A DNA stretch of 64,000 bases from Candidatus Zixiibacteriota bacterium (GCA_030605835.1 JAUWHO010000001.1:29966-93965), one strand, 5' to 3'. Counted from the first letter of the stretch, positions 35,391 through 45,560 are shown. Program-made: numbers and translations. Notes: generated by a model not told the origin, from the sequence alone.

Positions 35391-37388
35391 TCATTCTGAA
35401 TACTCTCCGTCCAGGCCTACTCCTTTTTCGGCCTCCAGGGGTGAATCCGGCTTCAAGCCCGGTTGGGTCCAGATGCTATTGTTCTTGGCGAAAGGTTTGG
35501 CGTAGGTGTCATTGCCCCCGGTGTCTAAAAAAAGCCCCAGGCAGAGAAGATGGTCGCGGAGATAACCTCGGGTGCCGATGTTCGCCCGACCGAGAGTGAT
35601 CTCGCCGGAGGGATTGTAGGTGTCATCACCCCTCTTGTCCCAGAAGATGCCGATGCCGTTGGCGTTGCCCCCACCCAAACTCAGATTGGGACAGTCATAA
35701 ATGTCATCCCCATCCTCTTCTAAAAGGAATCCCAGGGTGAAATCGTGTCCGGCACCCTGAGCCATATTCATGGTGGCGATATAGTGGTCATTCCCCTTGA
35801 CATCGTTTAAGATCCCCAGGCCAAAATGAGCCCCGGAACCCTGCACATACCAGATCCCCTGATAGAGGTCGTCACCTTCCTCGTCAGCCAGAAGCCCGAT
35901 GGCATACCAGTAGGCACAACCCTGAGCAAACAGCCCCGCAGAGTAGTTATCGTTCCCGGCATTATCTAACAGAATCCCTATGCCTCCACCCAGTGAGTGT
36001 CCATCCGAGATGTCGGCTCTCCTGCCGAAACCCACCCCCTGAGAGAGACTGCTGTTGTGTTCCTTGGTTTGAGAGGCGGGGAAATCGATCTTTTTATCCT
36101 CGGCAATGTAGTTGTCGTCACCGTCCAATTCGACCAGCAGACCCAGCCCCTTGGTGAAACCGTAACCCTGGGAGGTGGTAAAGGTGTAATAGCTGTCATC
36201 TCCCGAGAGGTCCGAGAGGACCCCGATTCCGAACGCACCGGAGCCCTGGGAGGAGGTGTAAGCGGCGTAGTTGTCGTTGCCGCTCTTATCCAGGAGCATC
36301 CCCACCCCAAAAAGCCCGCTCCCTTGAGCAAGATTGACCCCGCTGTAATCGTCGTCTCCCTCTAGGTCGACCAAATAAGCGTAACCGAAAACGCCTCCCC
36401 CGAAGGAGGGCTTCTCTTCTGAGAAGGAGACATATTTGTCCGCCCCGGCCAGATCGATCAACACCGAATAGGGATGCGAGAAGGAAAGCGTCGCCGCCCC
36501 TCCGAGGTAGGTGTCATCTCCTCCGGTGTCTATTATCAGAAAGTAGTTTTTGTCCCCGACGTAGTGATTTTTTTGCCCTCCGTTCAAGGAAATGACACCT
36601 AAGGGAGTGTCGAACTCGAAAGAGAAACTCACCTTTTCTGTGAAAGTGCTTAAGGAATCGGAGGCGGCATCCACCGCCAGCGCTAAATCTTGCGCCCCGG
36701 AGTAGAGGTAACGGTAGTCAACAGACTCAATCAGCCTGTAGATTCCCGGGGAGAAAAAATCCTCATCGCTGGAGAGCATCTTGGTGATCTCTTGATACAT
36801 ATCCTCCATATCAAAGAGCCCCATGGCCTCGTAAAAGGCCAAATCCCTCCAGGCCAAGCTGTCACCGACGGCACGGACCAACATCGCCGCCTGAAGAGAG
36901 ACGGTAGCGGGCACCTTCTCGACTCTGGATTTTAATCTCGATTTCTCCTCCCCGCTCATCTCCGTATCAGCGCTTTCGTAAAGGTAGACTATGGCGTCAA
37001 AGAGGGGATTCTCTGTCCTGCACCTCCTGTAGAATTCCGGAACGGGGTTGTTGAAATCGTAAACTCCGCGGCGCACTCCGCAGGCGAGTCTGAGGTTAGA
37101 GAAGACTATCAGATGATGTAAAGAGCCCGGCTTCCGTTTGATGACTTTTCTTAGGTAATCGAGGTAGTTCGGGATTTTGAAAGGTTCGGAGTGGAGGGTA
37201 TAAAAAAGAGGCAGGCTGAACTCACCCCCTCCGAAGTTCGACATATCTTTGTAATCGAACCTCATGCTCTCCTTGGTCAATCCCACCTCCTTCAAGGCAA
37301 GCTCAAATGGATCCTGGGCAAAGCTGAGACAACGAAAGATGAACAGGCAGGCTACCATAAGAAAGATGGCATTCTTGCACATTTTCAT
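35391..37388 (-). CDS. Secreted protein with about 12 tandem ~23-aa repeats carrying an invariant G-[DN]-D-x-Y core.
   Basis: Signal peptide MKMCKNAIFLMVACLFIF... Repeats LLDKSGNDNYAAYT, LSDLSGDDSYYTFT, LVELDGDDNYIAED, LLDNAGNDNYSAGL, LADEEGDDLYQGIW and others, with QG.G.G.G spacers. Start moved to MKMCKN. Confidence 0.65.
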   Translation of the reverse strand: MKMCKNAIFLMVACLFIFRCLSFAQDPFELALKEVGLTKESMRFDYKDMSNFGGGEFSLPLFYTLHSEPFKIPNYLDYLRKVIKRKPGSLHHLIVFSNLRLACGVRRGVYDFNNPVPEFYRRCRTENPLFDAIVYLYESADTEMSGEEKSRLKSRVEKVPATVSLQAAMLVRAVGDSLAWRDLAFYEAMGLFDMEDMYQEITKMLSSDEDFFSPGIYRLIESVDYRYLYSGAQDLALAVDAASDSLSTFTEKVSFSFEFDTPLGVISLNGGQKNHYVGDKNYFLIIDTGGDDTYLGGAATLSFSHPYSVLIDLAGADKYVSFSEEKPSFGGGVFGYAYLVDLEGDDDYSGVNLAQGSGLFGVGMLLDKSGNDNYAAYTSSQGSGAFGIGVLSDLSGDDSYYTFTTSQGYGFTKGLGLLVELDGDDNYIAEDKKIDFPASQTKEHNSSLSQGVGFGRRADISDGHSLGGGIGILLDNAGNDNYSAGLFAQGCAYWYAIGLLADEEGDDLYQGIWYVQGSGAHFGLGILNDVKGNDHYIATMNMAQGAGHDFTLGFLLEEDGDDIYDCPNLSLGGGNANGIGIFWDKRGDDTYNPSGEITLGRANIGTRGYLRDHLLCLGLFLDTGGNDTYAKPFAKNNSIWTQPGLKPDSPLEAEKGVGLDGEYSE

Positions 37389-37634
37389 ACTCCTTCTTCG
37401 AATGAGAGGCATTCGACCCTGAACATAAAAACCGCTTCCACCAGTGTCAACAGCAAAACTCATTAGCCCCCTTGATCCTCACATCAACAAGGTATTGGAA
37501 TCCTCCCATAATCACCTCGGTCCTTTTGCCTGCCGCTCCCCGGCAATTCTGCCTCCGGCATTTTAGAGTAAGGTTAAGTTCGCTGTCGGCAATCAGTTAG
37601 AAGGCTCCCACCCTCTTGCCCACCGGAATCTGAA

Positions 37635-37961
37635 ATGATGGCACAGGAGTTGCAAAAACTTCCTCAAACGGAGGTTCCAAACATGACCAGATTTGATTTG
37701 CGAACCGAACTCTTACGCACCTCCGGCTTGAGCGGCAATCCGAATTGTCCCTTCTGTGGCTCTCGGATGGGGAAGTTTGGAGGTAAAGTCCACTGTCCGC
37801 GGTGCTTCAGCGAGGTGAGAAGTAGCACCTACAATCTGTCGAACTCACCGATGGAAAGGCAACTTGTATCCTCGAATCGACTCCCCTCTTACGACACCAA
37901 TCGGCAGAGCTTCCTGAGCTTCTTGAAAACCCTTCGGGCTTTCTCACCGCAGTTGGATTGA
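37635..37961 (+). CDS. Hypothetical small zinc-ribbon protein (CPFCG...CPRCF).
   Basis: The ORF has a CxxC-x15-CxxC motif. No other support. It could be noncoding. Confidence 0.25.
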   Translation: MMAQELQKLPQTEVPNMTRFDLRTELLRTSGLSGNPNCPFCGSRMGKFGGKVHCPRCFSEVRSSTYNLSNSPMERQLVSSNRLPSYDTNRQSFLSFLKTLRAFSPQLD

Positions 37962-38045
37962 CAACTAAAGGTTGCCCCTCTATCTTTGCTGTGAGTTCGA
38001 ACCGTCTTCCAATCGTCTGGCTGAAATGCCGCCTCGTGCCGATAG

Positions 38046-39242
38046 ATGCGAGCGGAGAGCCTGATTGTGAGAGGGCTCGGGCTTTGCTCGAAGAGATTGG
38101 AGACCTTGGTGCCGGATGAAATTGACCCCCGCTCCCCCTTTTTCGTGGGCCGAAGACAGGGGCCTTACTTAGAGATAAGTGGGAAGAGGCTGGTGATCTT
38201 CTGCTCCAACGACTATTTGGGGCTTTCCTACCATCCCGGGGTTAGAGGAGCAGTTCTCGAAGCCCTGGAGGCGTTTGGGGCCGGTTCCGGAGGCGCCCCC
38301 TCCACCTCCGGCTTTACCCGTCTGCATCACGAATTATCAGAAGCCATAGCAGAATTCAAGCATCGGGAGTCCGCTCTCATTTTCTCCTCCGGCTATCTCG
38401 CCAACCTGGGAGCCCTGTTTGCTCTCGGTGACCGTGACACTCTCTTTTTCTGCGACCGCCTCAATCACCCCAGCCTCCTCGATGGAGTGAGGTTATCGAA
38501 GGGCGATCACAAGATATACGAACATCTCGACTTAGACCACCTGGAATCCCTCTTGAGGGACCTCAAAGGTTACAAGACCCGCATCATTGTTACCGACTCG
38601 GTTTTCAGCATCGACGGGGATGTTGCCCCCCTGCCAGAAATTGTCGAGCTCGCCAAAAAGTACAAAGCCTTGACCTTCTTCGACGAGGCTCATGCCACCG
38701 GCACTGTTGGAGAAAAAGGCGGAGGCATCGAGGATCTCTTCGACGTCCGCGGGAGCGTTGATCTCCTCTCCGGCACCTTCAGCAAAGCCTTAGGATCACA
38801 GGGCGGATTTGTGGCCGCCTCCTCCAGGACCATCGCTCACCTTAAAGGAAAATGCCGTCACTATCAGTATTCCACCTCCCTTTCACCCCTCTGTTGCGCC
38901 GCCGCTCTGGAATCGTTGAGAATCCTGAGTGCCCAGCCAGAATTGGTGACTACGATGCGCTCCAATTTCGACTTCATCAGAGAGAATCTGAGGCGATTGG
39001 GGCTCTCCCTCCCGGAGAGACCGGCTCCGATTCTGCCGGTGCTGTTTGGCGATGCCGGCAAAACCAGAAAGGCGGCAAAGGAGCTCTACCTTCGTGGGAT
39101 TTTCATCGCCCCCCTCACTCCCCCCAGCGTCCCCGAGGCAGGAAGCCGATTGCGGATTACCACCATGGCAACGCATACCGAAGCGGATCTGAAAATCTTG
39201 GTTGGTGCTTTCGATGAGGCCTTAAAGGAGCTAAAGGACTGA
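38046..39242 (+). CDS. Class II PLP-dependent aminotransferase of the 8-amino-7-oxononanoate synthase/serine palmitoyltransferase family (BioF-like).
   Basis: FCSNDYLGLS, GSGGAPSTSG...HHELSEAIAEF, DEAHATG and the SGTFSKALGSQGG Lys-containing motif. Confidence 0.8.
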   Translation: MRAESLIVRGLGLCSKRLETLVPDEIDPRSPFFVGRRQGPYLEISGKRLVIFCSNDYLGLSYHPGVRGAVLEALEAFGAGSGGAPSTSGFTRLHHELSEAIAEFKHRESALIFSSGYLANLGALFALGDRDTLFFCDRLNHPSLLDGVRLSKGDHKIYEHLDLDHLESLLRDLKGYKTRIIVTDSVFSIDGDVAPLPEIVELAKKYKALTFFDEAHATGTVGEKGGGIEDLFDVRGSVDLLSGTFSKALGSQGGFVAASSRTIAHLKGKCRHYQYSTSLSPLCCAAALESLRILSAQPELVTTMRSNFDFIRENLRRLGLSLPERPAPILPVLFGDAGKTRKAAKELYLRGIFIAPLTPPSVPEAGSRLRITTMATHTEADLKILVGAFDEALKELKD

Positions 39243-39425
39243 GAGAGCACAAAGCATCACCAAGAGCAAGTTTTCTCTGACAGGAACTGTCAGGGCAATC
39301 CCTTATCATACTCATCGAGCATGACTCAAAGGCTCGGGCAAGAGGGGTTTCGCCGCCGATTTTGCCCTCTCGAGAAGGGGTTTGCTTACCAAATCCTGGA
39401 TGGAGTCGGAGGCGGCGACCTTGAA

Positions 39426-39465
39426 GAACCCTGCGGGTTTCGTTCCCGCGGGGTTCTTTCCTTAC
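39426..39465 (+). terminator. Strong hairpin plus U-tract in the 350-nt leader between the BioF-like and exosortase genes.
   Basis: GAACCCTGCGGG-tttcgtt-CCCGCGGGGTTC (12 bp, one G-T pair), followed by TTTCCTTAC. Confidence 0.45.
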
Positions 39466-39592
39466 AGACTTCAACGAACCAGAAGAGAACATAATCGGGC
39501 CTTGTCTGAAGCGACGTGCCGGTTGACTCCATTTTACAGCTTCTTTCAATCGCTTGAGCCCTTTACCGATAAAGTAACAGAGAGAGGATAAG

Positions 39593-40498
39593 GTGAGAGC
39601 GACCATCGAAAAAGACAAAGCCGAGGTTTCAGCTCCAAGACCAAGTTCGGTCAAGACTTTTTCCTCAGGTCTGAGGGAGATACTCCCACTTCTACTTTTA
39701 GGGCTGGTTTTGCTTCTGACATACATTCCGGTCATCATCGATCTGGTCAAGGACTGGTGGCAGGACCCCAACTATTCCCACGGATTCCTGGTTCCCTTTG
39801 TGTCAATCTACCTGGTTTACAAGAAGTGGCCAGAGTTGGCCATAAGCGAGAGAAAATCCTGCTGGTGGGGGCTGACCCTTGTGATTTTCGGGCTGTTGCT
39901 TCTGATTCTGGGCACTGCCGGGGCGGAGTATTTCACGGTGCGATTCTCTCTCGTGGTATTACTTGCGGGATTGGTTGCCTACTTGTATGGGAAGAAGTTT
40001 TTAGGGCTCCTGCTGGTTCCTATCTGTTACCTCTTATTCATGATACCGATCCCCTACACCATCTATTACTCCCTTACTCTGCCGATGCAACTGTTCGCGA
40101 GCAAATGCGCGGTGGGAGTTCTGCAGTTCTTGGGCATACCGGTGTTCAGAGCGGGGAACATCATCATCTTGCCGAATTACTCTCTGGAGGTGGGAGAGGC
40201 TTGCAGTGGCTTGCGCTCCCTGGTGAGCTTGATGGCATTGGGATTCCTGTTCGCCTACCTAAGTCAGAAGCGCAACCTCAATCGCGCCATACTCTTCGCC
40301 TCCACCCCAATCATCGCGATAATCGCAAACGTTTTTCGGGTGAGCACCACAGCTCTGGGAGCCTATGCGGTGAGCCCCAAGTTAGCGGAGGATTTCCTGC
40401 ACAAGCTTTCGGGGCTTTTAGTATTCGTATGCTCGGTTTTCTGTCTCGTTATTCTGGGAGGGATTTTGAGTTGGGTCCAAAAGAGAAAAGAATCTTAG
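39593..40498 (+). CDS. Exosortase (Xrt) family transpeptidase, 8-TM.
   Basis: Catalytic Cys motif EACSGLRS and the conserved Arg motif ANVFRVSTTA. Polytopic membrane protein. Confidence 0.85.
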   Translation: MRATIEKDKAEVSAPRPSSVKTFSSGLREILPLLLLGLVLLLTYIPVIIDLVKDWWQDPNYSHGFLVPFVSIYLVYKKWPELAISERKSCWWGLTLVIFGLLLLILGTAGAEYFTVRFSLVVLLAGLVAYLYGKKFLGLLLVPICYLLFMIPIPYTIYYSLTLPMQLFASKCAVGVLQFLGIPVFRAGNIIILPNYSLEVGEACSGLRSLVSLMALGFLFAYLSQKRNLNRAILFASTPIIAIIANVFRVSTTALGAYAVSPKLAEDFLHKLSGLLVFVCSVFCLVILGGILSWVQKRKES

Positions 40499-41100
40499 TC
40501 GCCTGTATCCTCATATTCTTGGCTGCTCTTTTCACCTACAAGCTCCGTTACGGTCGAGCCGAGGTGGCGAGTGTACCGCGACTTGACTCCATCCCCCTCG
40601 ATTGCCAGGATTGGAGAGGCCAGGATTTCCCGCTAGATGAAAGAACCGCCGAGATCTTAGGAGCGGATTTCAATTTGAATCGCAGATACACCAACGGCGA
40701 AGGGCAGACCGTGTGGCTTTTCCTGAGCTACTTCAAAGACCAGAGATATGGTTCTCAGATACACTCGCCTCAGAACTGTCTTCCCGGGAGCGGTTGGGCG
40801 ATTGTCCAAAAGGAGATGGTGAAGTTGAAAACCGGGGGGGATACGTTGGAGAGCAGGCTGCTTGAAGCAAGAAAGGGGGAGAAAGAGGTAAAGGTCTATT
40901 ACTGGTTTCTGACCCGCAGCGGCACCTTAGCAGATGAGTATGCCTTAAAACTGGATCTGGTCTCTAACGCCCTAAGAGGTCACCCCACCGACGCCCTTTT
41001 CGTCAGGCTTACCACTGACGCGGAGCCAGCCATAATCGAAGGATTTCTACAGATGATGTGGCCGCATGTGTCAAAGCTACTATCTTCTCAAAACCACTAA
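40429..41100 (+). CDS. Exosortase-associated EpsI-like protein (single N-terminal TM plus a periplasmic domain).
   Basis: It is the in-frame C-terminal third of the 447-aa track ORF. TM ILVACILIFLAALFTY. It immediately follows and overlaps the exosortase gene. The start is ambiguous (ATG 40429 or TTG 40471). Confidence 0.55.
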   Translation: MLGFLSRYSGRDFELGPKEKRILVACILIFLAALFTYKLRYGRAEVASVPRLDSIPLDCQDWRGQDFPLDERTAEILGADFNLNRRYTNGEGQTVWLFLSYFKDQRYGSQIHSPQNCLPGSGWAIVQKEMVKLKTGGDTLESRLLEARKGEKEVKVYYWFLTRSGTLADEYALKLDLVSNALRGHPTDALFVRLTTDAEPAIIEGFLQMMWPHVSKLLSSQNH

Positions 41101-41345
41101 AGTATTATCATGAAGTGCTCAATAAGGAGATAGCGATCGCACCTGGGAGATCGGAAAAGCCTGCCAGACGAATGACCGCAACTGTGAACCACAAGCCAAA
41201 GACTCCTATCAGGACCATTTGAAATACCTTGACATCACATTTGAAAACCATTAGTAATTGACAAATTTCCTGGTCGAAAGGAGGTGGTGTGTCCAGCTAC
41301 AATTGTTAAAGAGCAAAACCAGTTCTAAAAATAGCGAGGATGAAA

Positions 41346-41878
41346 TGAAGAGACTCTTGATCTTACTGCCGATCACGTTCTTGTTTCTGACACTAGGTTC
41401 AACCTCATTTGCCCAGATGATGTTGGGTCCTAAGGGGGTTGGAGCTTTTCTGGGGTATGTCAACCCAGAGCACGTCGACGCTACCCTTGGCTTCGGCGCG
41501 GTTGTTGATATGGGCACCTTGACGCCAACGTTAGGCCTGGACCTGGAGATACTGTACTGGTCGAAGTCCGAGGGGCCCTCGGATAGAAAGGTCAGCTGGC
41601 GTGACATAGTCCTTTGCGCTCATGCCAGATACAGATTCTCGTTGCCAGGCAGCCCTGTGAAGCCGTACATGGGTGGGGGGATTGGCCCTCATTTCGTCAA
41701 GCACGAGCAGAGTGGCAAGTCTGAGACCGACACCAAGTTCGGCCTTCACCTGTTGGCGGGGGCTGAATATGAGGTCTCACCCAAGGTGGCGCTCTTCGGG
41801 GAATGGCGCTATGCTATAGTCTCGGATATTAATCAATTTGCCATCTTCGCAGGGGCGAAGTATAAGTTGGGTCAGTAA
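41346..41878 (+). CDS. Small outer-membrane beta-barrel (OmpW/OMP_b-brl-like) protein.
   Basis: Signal peptide MKRLLILLPITFLFLTLGSTSFAQ. Alternating amphipathic beta strands. C-terminal aromatic-rich ...FAGAKYKLGQ. Confidence 0.6.
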
Positions 41879-41931
41879 AACACGCCGAAAACGAGACGGA
41901 AAACTCCAGCACTTTGCCGGAGTCCTTTCGC

Positions 41932-42156
41932 CTAATCCACAGCCACGACCTTTTTCACCTCTGGGATTTTCTCTTTCAGAGTTCTTTCCACTCCCATCTG
42001 CAGGGTCATCTGCGACATCGGGCAACCCTTACAAGCACCGGTCAATCGAACCTTAACGGTACCATCCTCTCCGACCTCGACCAATTCCACATCCCCACCA
42101 TCAGCCTGCAAGTAGCCGCGTATGCTGTTTAAGGCTTCTTCGACCTTCTCTTTCAT
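41932..42156 (-). CDS. NifU-like (Nfu C-terminal domain) Fe-S cluster protein.
   Basis: GGDVELVEV...V.L.GAC.GCP motif (LTGACKGCPMSQMTLQ). Confidence 0.7.
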   Translation of the reverse strand: MKEKVEEALNSIRGYLQADGGDVELVEVGEDGTVKVRLTGACKGCPMSQMTLQMGVERTLKEKIPEVKKVVAVD

Positions 42157-42332
42157 TTCCTCTCCTCTATAGTCTCTTCACTCTTTTTCGGATTGTAGAC
42201 TCATCTGTTTATACTATTGATCCTTTGAAGGAGTTTGTGGTTTCCAAGCGAGCACGCGCCACCGCGATTCTGAACCTAGCCGTCAAATGGAGTTGACCAG
42301 GAAACCTGTCCATTTCTACCAAGCGTTCCTCC

Positions 42333-43394
42333 CTACTTCTTCGACATTGCCTCTTCAACTCGTGAGGCCAATTCTTCGAAAACCGCCTTGGCCATCTGGG
42401 CATTTTCGGAAAAGACCGCCGGAATACCTTGGTCGCTGTCGCGCCTCAGGCTCATCTCCAGAGGGATCTGACAGAAAAGCGGCGCCCTCAAAGCCCCGGC
42501 CAGAAGCTGTCCTCCTCCGGTCCCGAAGATTTCGTATCTTTTGCCTTCGGGGCTCAAGAAATAGGACATATTCTCGACCACTCCAAGGAGCTTAAGCCCA
42601 GTTTTCTCCGCCAGACTGCCTATCCGGGAGGCCACCGAGGTTGCCAACTTCTGAGGGGTGGTCACCACCAGGACGGAGGCCCCGGGGAGCTTCTGAGCAA
42701 TTGAGATGCTCACATCGCCAGTGCCGGGGGGCAGATCTATCAGAAGATAATCGAGCTCCCCCCACTCAACCTCCTCGATGAACTGAGTTATGGCCTTGTG
42801 CAGAAGAGGTCCCCTCCAGATTATGGCGGTATCCTGGCTGACGAAGAAACCGATGCTGATGATCTTTATGCCAAATTTCTCCGGGGGATTCATCCTACCA
42901 TCTATTGCCGTGGGCGTTTCTTTGATGCCCAGTAGAGTCGGAATCGAGAAACCGTAGACGTCAGCATCTAGCACCCCCACCCGGTGGCCCCGCTTGGCCA
43001 GAGCCGCCGCCAGGTTAGCTGTCACCGTAGATTTTCCAACTCCACCTTTCCCCGAGGCGACGGCTATGACGTTCTTGATTTTCGAGATCCGAGATTCCTT
43101 CTCCTCTGAACCCTTAGACAGACTCTCTATCAGGGACTGGCTTTTCTGGGGGGGCATGGTGGTGAAGTTTACTTTAACCTCCTTGACCTCGCCAAACCTC
43201 TTCAATCGCCCCACGATGTCTTCTTCGATCTTATCCTTCATCGGGTAGGTCGGAACTGTCAGGGTCACCTGGAGCTTAACAGTATCCCCGGCAATTTCCA
43301 TCTTTTCAATCAACCCCAGCTCCACTAAATTGCGGTGAAGCTTTGGATCTTCGACCTCCTTTAGAGCCTCAACTATCTTTTCCTCGCTAATCAT
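42333..43394 (-). CDS. apbC: Mrp/NBP35 (ApbC) iron-sulfur cluster carrier ATPase with an N-terminal DUF59.
   Basis: IAVASGKGGVGKST deviant Walker A, the CxxC region, and N-terminal DUF59-like IVEALKEVEDP. Confidence 0.85.
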   Translation of the reverse strand: MISEEKIVEALKEVEDPKLHRNLVELGLIEKMEIAGDTVKLQVTLTVPTYPMKDKIEEDIVGRLKRFGEVKEVKVNFTTMPPQKSQSLIESLSKGSEEKESRISKIKNVIAVASGKGGVGKSTVTANLAAALAKRGHRVGVLDADVYGFSIPTLLGIKETPTAIDGRMNPPEKFGIKIISIGFFVSQDTAIIWRGPLLHKAITQFIEEVEWGELDYLLIDLPPGTGDVSISIAQKLPGASVLVVTTPQKLATSVASRIGSLAEKTGLKLLGVVENMSYFLSPEGKRYEIFGTGGGQLLAGALRAPLFCQIPLEMSLRRDSDQGIPAVFSENAQMAKAVFEELASRVEEAMSKK

Positions 43395-43561
43395 CGGTAC
43401 TCCCTCTTTATCTTTACTATTTTAGAAACCAAAGCCGAATCGATAAGTTTCAGAATTTACGCAGTTTTCGCTCTCTTGCAACAGTCACTGCAACGGAAAA
43501 TTGTTGATTTACCATCCTGGGCTCCATATGTTAACAGCAAAATACGGATACAGGCGCAATT

Positions 43562-45559
43562 ATGCAAATCCTGAGAACACCTTCTGGGACAAGAGAAATC
43601 TGGCTTTGCTCGCTTCTGGTTCTGCTCTCACTCCTGTCGTGCGTGAAGCAGGAGGAGTATCCGCTTTATCGTCTGGCTTTGCTGGAGGATCGGGGTTTGA
43701 TAGACGTGTCCCTCCGCGAGTATGTTGAGCACGAAAAGCCTGCGATTCGACAGGCAGTCGCCACAACCATAGGGAGAGTCGGAAGCACCCACCACTTCTA
43801 CCTTCTCCAGAGACTGATCGAGGATGAGGACCCCTCCGTGAGAGAACAAGCCGCCTTTGCTTGTGGGCTGATAAAAAACCTCTCTGCCACTGTCTTTCTC
43901 TTGCCTCACCTGGAGGATGAAAACCAACAGGTGCGCGCCAGGACTATCGAAGCCCTGGGGAGAATTGGCGGGGAGAACCTGGGCGAGAGGATTCGGCCCC
44001 TGCTTAAAGATTCATCGGAGGTTATAAGATGCCAGGCCGCCCTGGCTCTGTGGAGGCTCGACCACAAACAAGCGGTGCCGGACTTGATTTCAGCCTTGCA
44101 CAGTGCAGAAGGAGAGTTCCTCTACAACTTGAGTTACGCTCTGATGCGTCTGGCAACTCCGGAATGCTTCGAGGTTTTCGAAGAGCTGCTCGGAAATTCC
44201 GACCCGGAGGTGCGTGCCAATGCCGTCAGAGGTCTCGGCAACCTCGAACACCCTGGTGCCCTTCCTTTTGCCTTCAATCTTCTGCGAGACCCGGACGAGC
44301 GTGTTGCTACAGAAGCCATAAGAGCTCTGGGGAAGATTAACGATAAGAGAGCCGTAAAACCTCTTCTGGAACTGCTGTCCACCAGCCACAACGAGAATCT
44401 CCTATCGGAGGCAATCAAAGTCCTGGGAAATCTTGGAGACAAACGGGCGCTGGAGAAGGTCACCGGGTTTTTGAATTCAGATTCACAAATCTTAAGGGGC
44501 GAGGCTGCCGTAGCTGTCGCCAGGCTGGAGAGCGGAAAGGTTCTGGAGGATCTGAAAGAACTTCTGAAGGATGAGTCCTGGCATGTGCGTGCCAAGGTTG
44601 CGGAGGCCTTAAGAGAAGTCGGTGGGAAAGAGGTGGAGAGATTGCTTCTGGTAATGACCGCCGACAGGGACAGAAGGGTGCAGATGGCGGCAATCGATGC
44701 TATCGGTTACGCAGTCAGCGAAAGGACAATCGATGGTAAGAGGGGATTGAGGAAGTTGGAGACGGTGCTCCTTGAGAGCATGGATTTCGCCCTGCGCTCC
44801 CTCTGCGCCGAAGCTCTAGCGAAAACGAAAGATCCCAGGTATGTCTATCCGTTGATAAAGTCCTACAAGTTCACCCCTCGGAGCTATTACTCGGAGTTCA
44901 AAAGGGCAGTCATCTCCGCCCTGGTGGAGCTTGCCACTCCGGGAGAGGCCGATGTCAGGATCGAAAATTTCCTTTTGGAGGCTTTAGCGGACAGCGACCC
45001 TATCGTCAGAAGAGAGGCTCACGCGGCCTCAAGCAAGCTCTCACTGCAGCAGAAATACGAGCCCGGAGTGTTCCGCAGCAAATTGACATTCGGCAACTAT
45101 TTTGAGGTTTACCATAATCCCAACAGGCTCCTGCGGGCAAGGATTTTCACCCCGAAGGGAGAAATCATAATCGAGCTTCTGGCGGAGTATGCCCCCAGAA
45201 CCGTCGCCAACTTCATTCATCTGACGAACTCTCGTTTCTATGACGGCTTGACATTTCACCGGGTGGTTCCCAACTTCGTGATTCAGGGAGGTTGCCCCCG
45301 CGGGGATGGTTGGGGAGGACCGGGATACACTATCAGGGAGGAGATTAACAAGCTGGGGTTCGAAAGGGGAACTATCGGGATGGCAACTTCTGGGAAAGAC
45401 ACTGGTGGGAGTCAATTTTTCATCTGCCACTCCCGACAACCGCATTTAGACGGACGCTACACCGCCTTCGGCAGAGTGGTCTCCGGAATGGAGGTGGTCA
45501 ATGAAATCACGGTAGGCGATGTTATTGAGAAAGTGGAAATATTATCATCACGATTCTAA
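43562..45559 (+). CDS. Lipoprotein-like HEAT/PBS-lyase repeat protein fused to a C-terminal cyclophilin-type peptidyl-prolyl isomerase.
   Basis: N-terminal LLSLLSC. About 10 HEAT-like repeats ([46 protein letters not shown] and others). C-terminal [15 protein letters not shown]...[19 protein letters not shown] cyclophilin core. Confidence 0.8.
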   Translation: MQILRTPSGTREIWLCSLLVLLSLLSCVKQEEYPLYRLALLEDRGLIDVSLREYVEHEKPAIRQAVATTIGRVGSTHHFYLLQRLIEDEDPSVREQAAFACGLIKNLSATVFLLPHLEDENQQVRARTIEALGRIGGENLGERIRPLLKDSSEVIRCQAALALWRLDHKQAVPDLISALHSAEGEFLYNLSYALMRLATPECFEVFEELLGNSDPEVRANAVRGLGNLEHPGALPFAFNLLRDPDERVATEAIRALGKINDKRAVKPLLELLSTSHNENLLSEAIKVLGNLGDKRALEKVTGFLNSDSQILRGEAAVAVARLESGKVLEDLKELLKDESWHVRAKVAEALREVGGKEVERLLLVMTADRDRRVQMAAIDAIGYAVSERTIDGKRGLRKLETVLLESMDFALRSLCAEALAKTKDPRYVYPLIKSYKFTPRSYYSEFKRAVISALVELATPGEADVRIENFLLEALADSDPIVRREAHAASSKLSLQQKYEPGVFRSKLTFGNYFEVYHNPNRLLRARIFTPKGEIIIELLAEYAPRTVANFIHLTNSRFYDGLTFHRVVPNFVIQGGCPRGDGWGGPGYTIREEINKLGFERGTIGMATSGKDTGGSQFFICHSRQPHLDGRYTAFGRVVSGMEVVNEITVGDVIEKVEILSSRF

Positions 45560-45560
45560 A

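Noticed and set aside
39157-39771. A 204-aa minus-strand ORF spanning the BioF-like/exosortase intergenic region.
   Set aside because: It runs antisense to both the exosortase 5' end and the BioF-like 3' end and has no recognisable motifs. The region fits a noncoding structured leader better.
39757-41100. A 447-aa plus-strand track ORF treated as a single gene.
   Set aside because: Its first two-thirds is an alternative frame overlapping the exosortase CDS. Only the C-terminal ~224 aa (from 40429 or 40471) has a TM segment plus a periplasmic domain consistent with EpsI.
43395-43561. Operator palindrome (TTGCAACAGTCACTGCAA) in the divergent Mrp / HEAT-PPIase promoter region.
   Set aside because: Only 5-bp arms around an 8-nt centre, so it is within chance expectation. 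No second copy.
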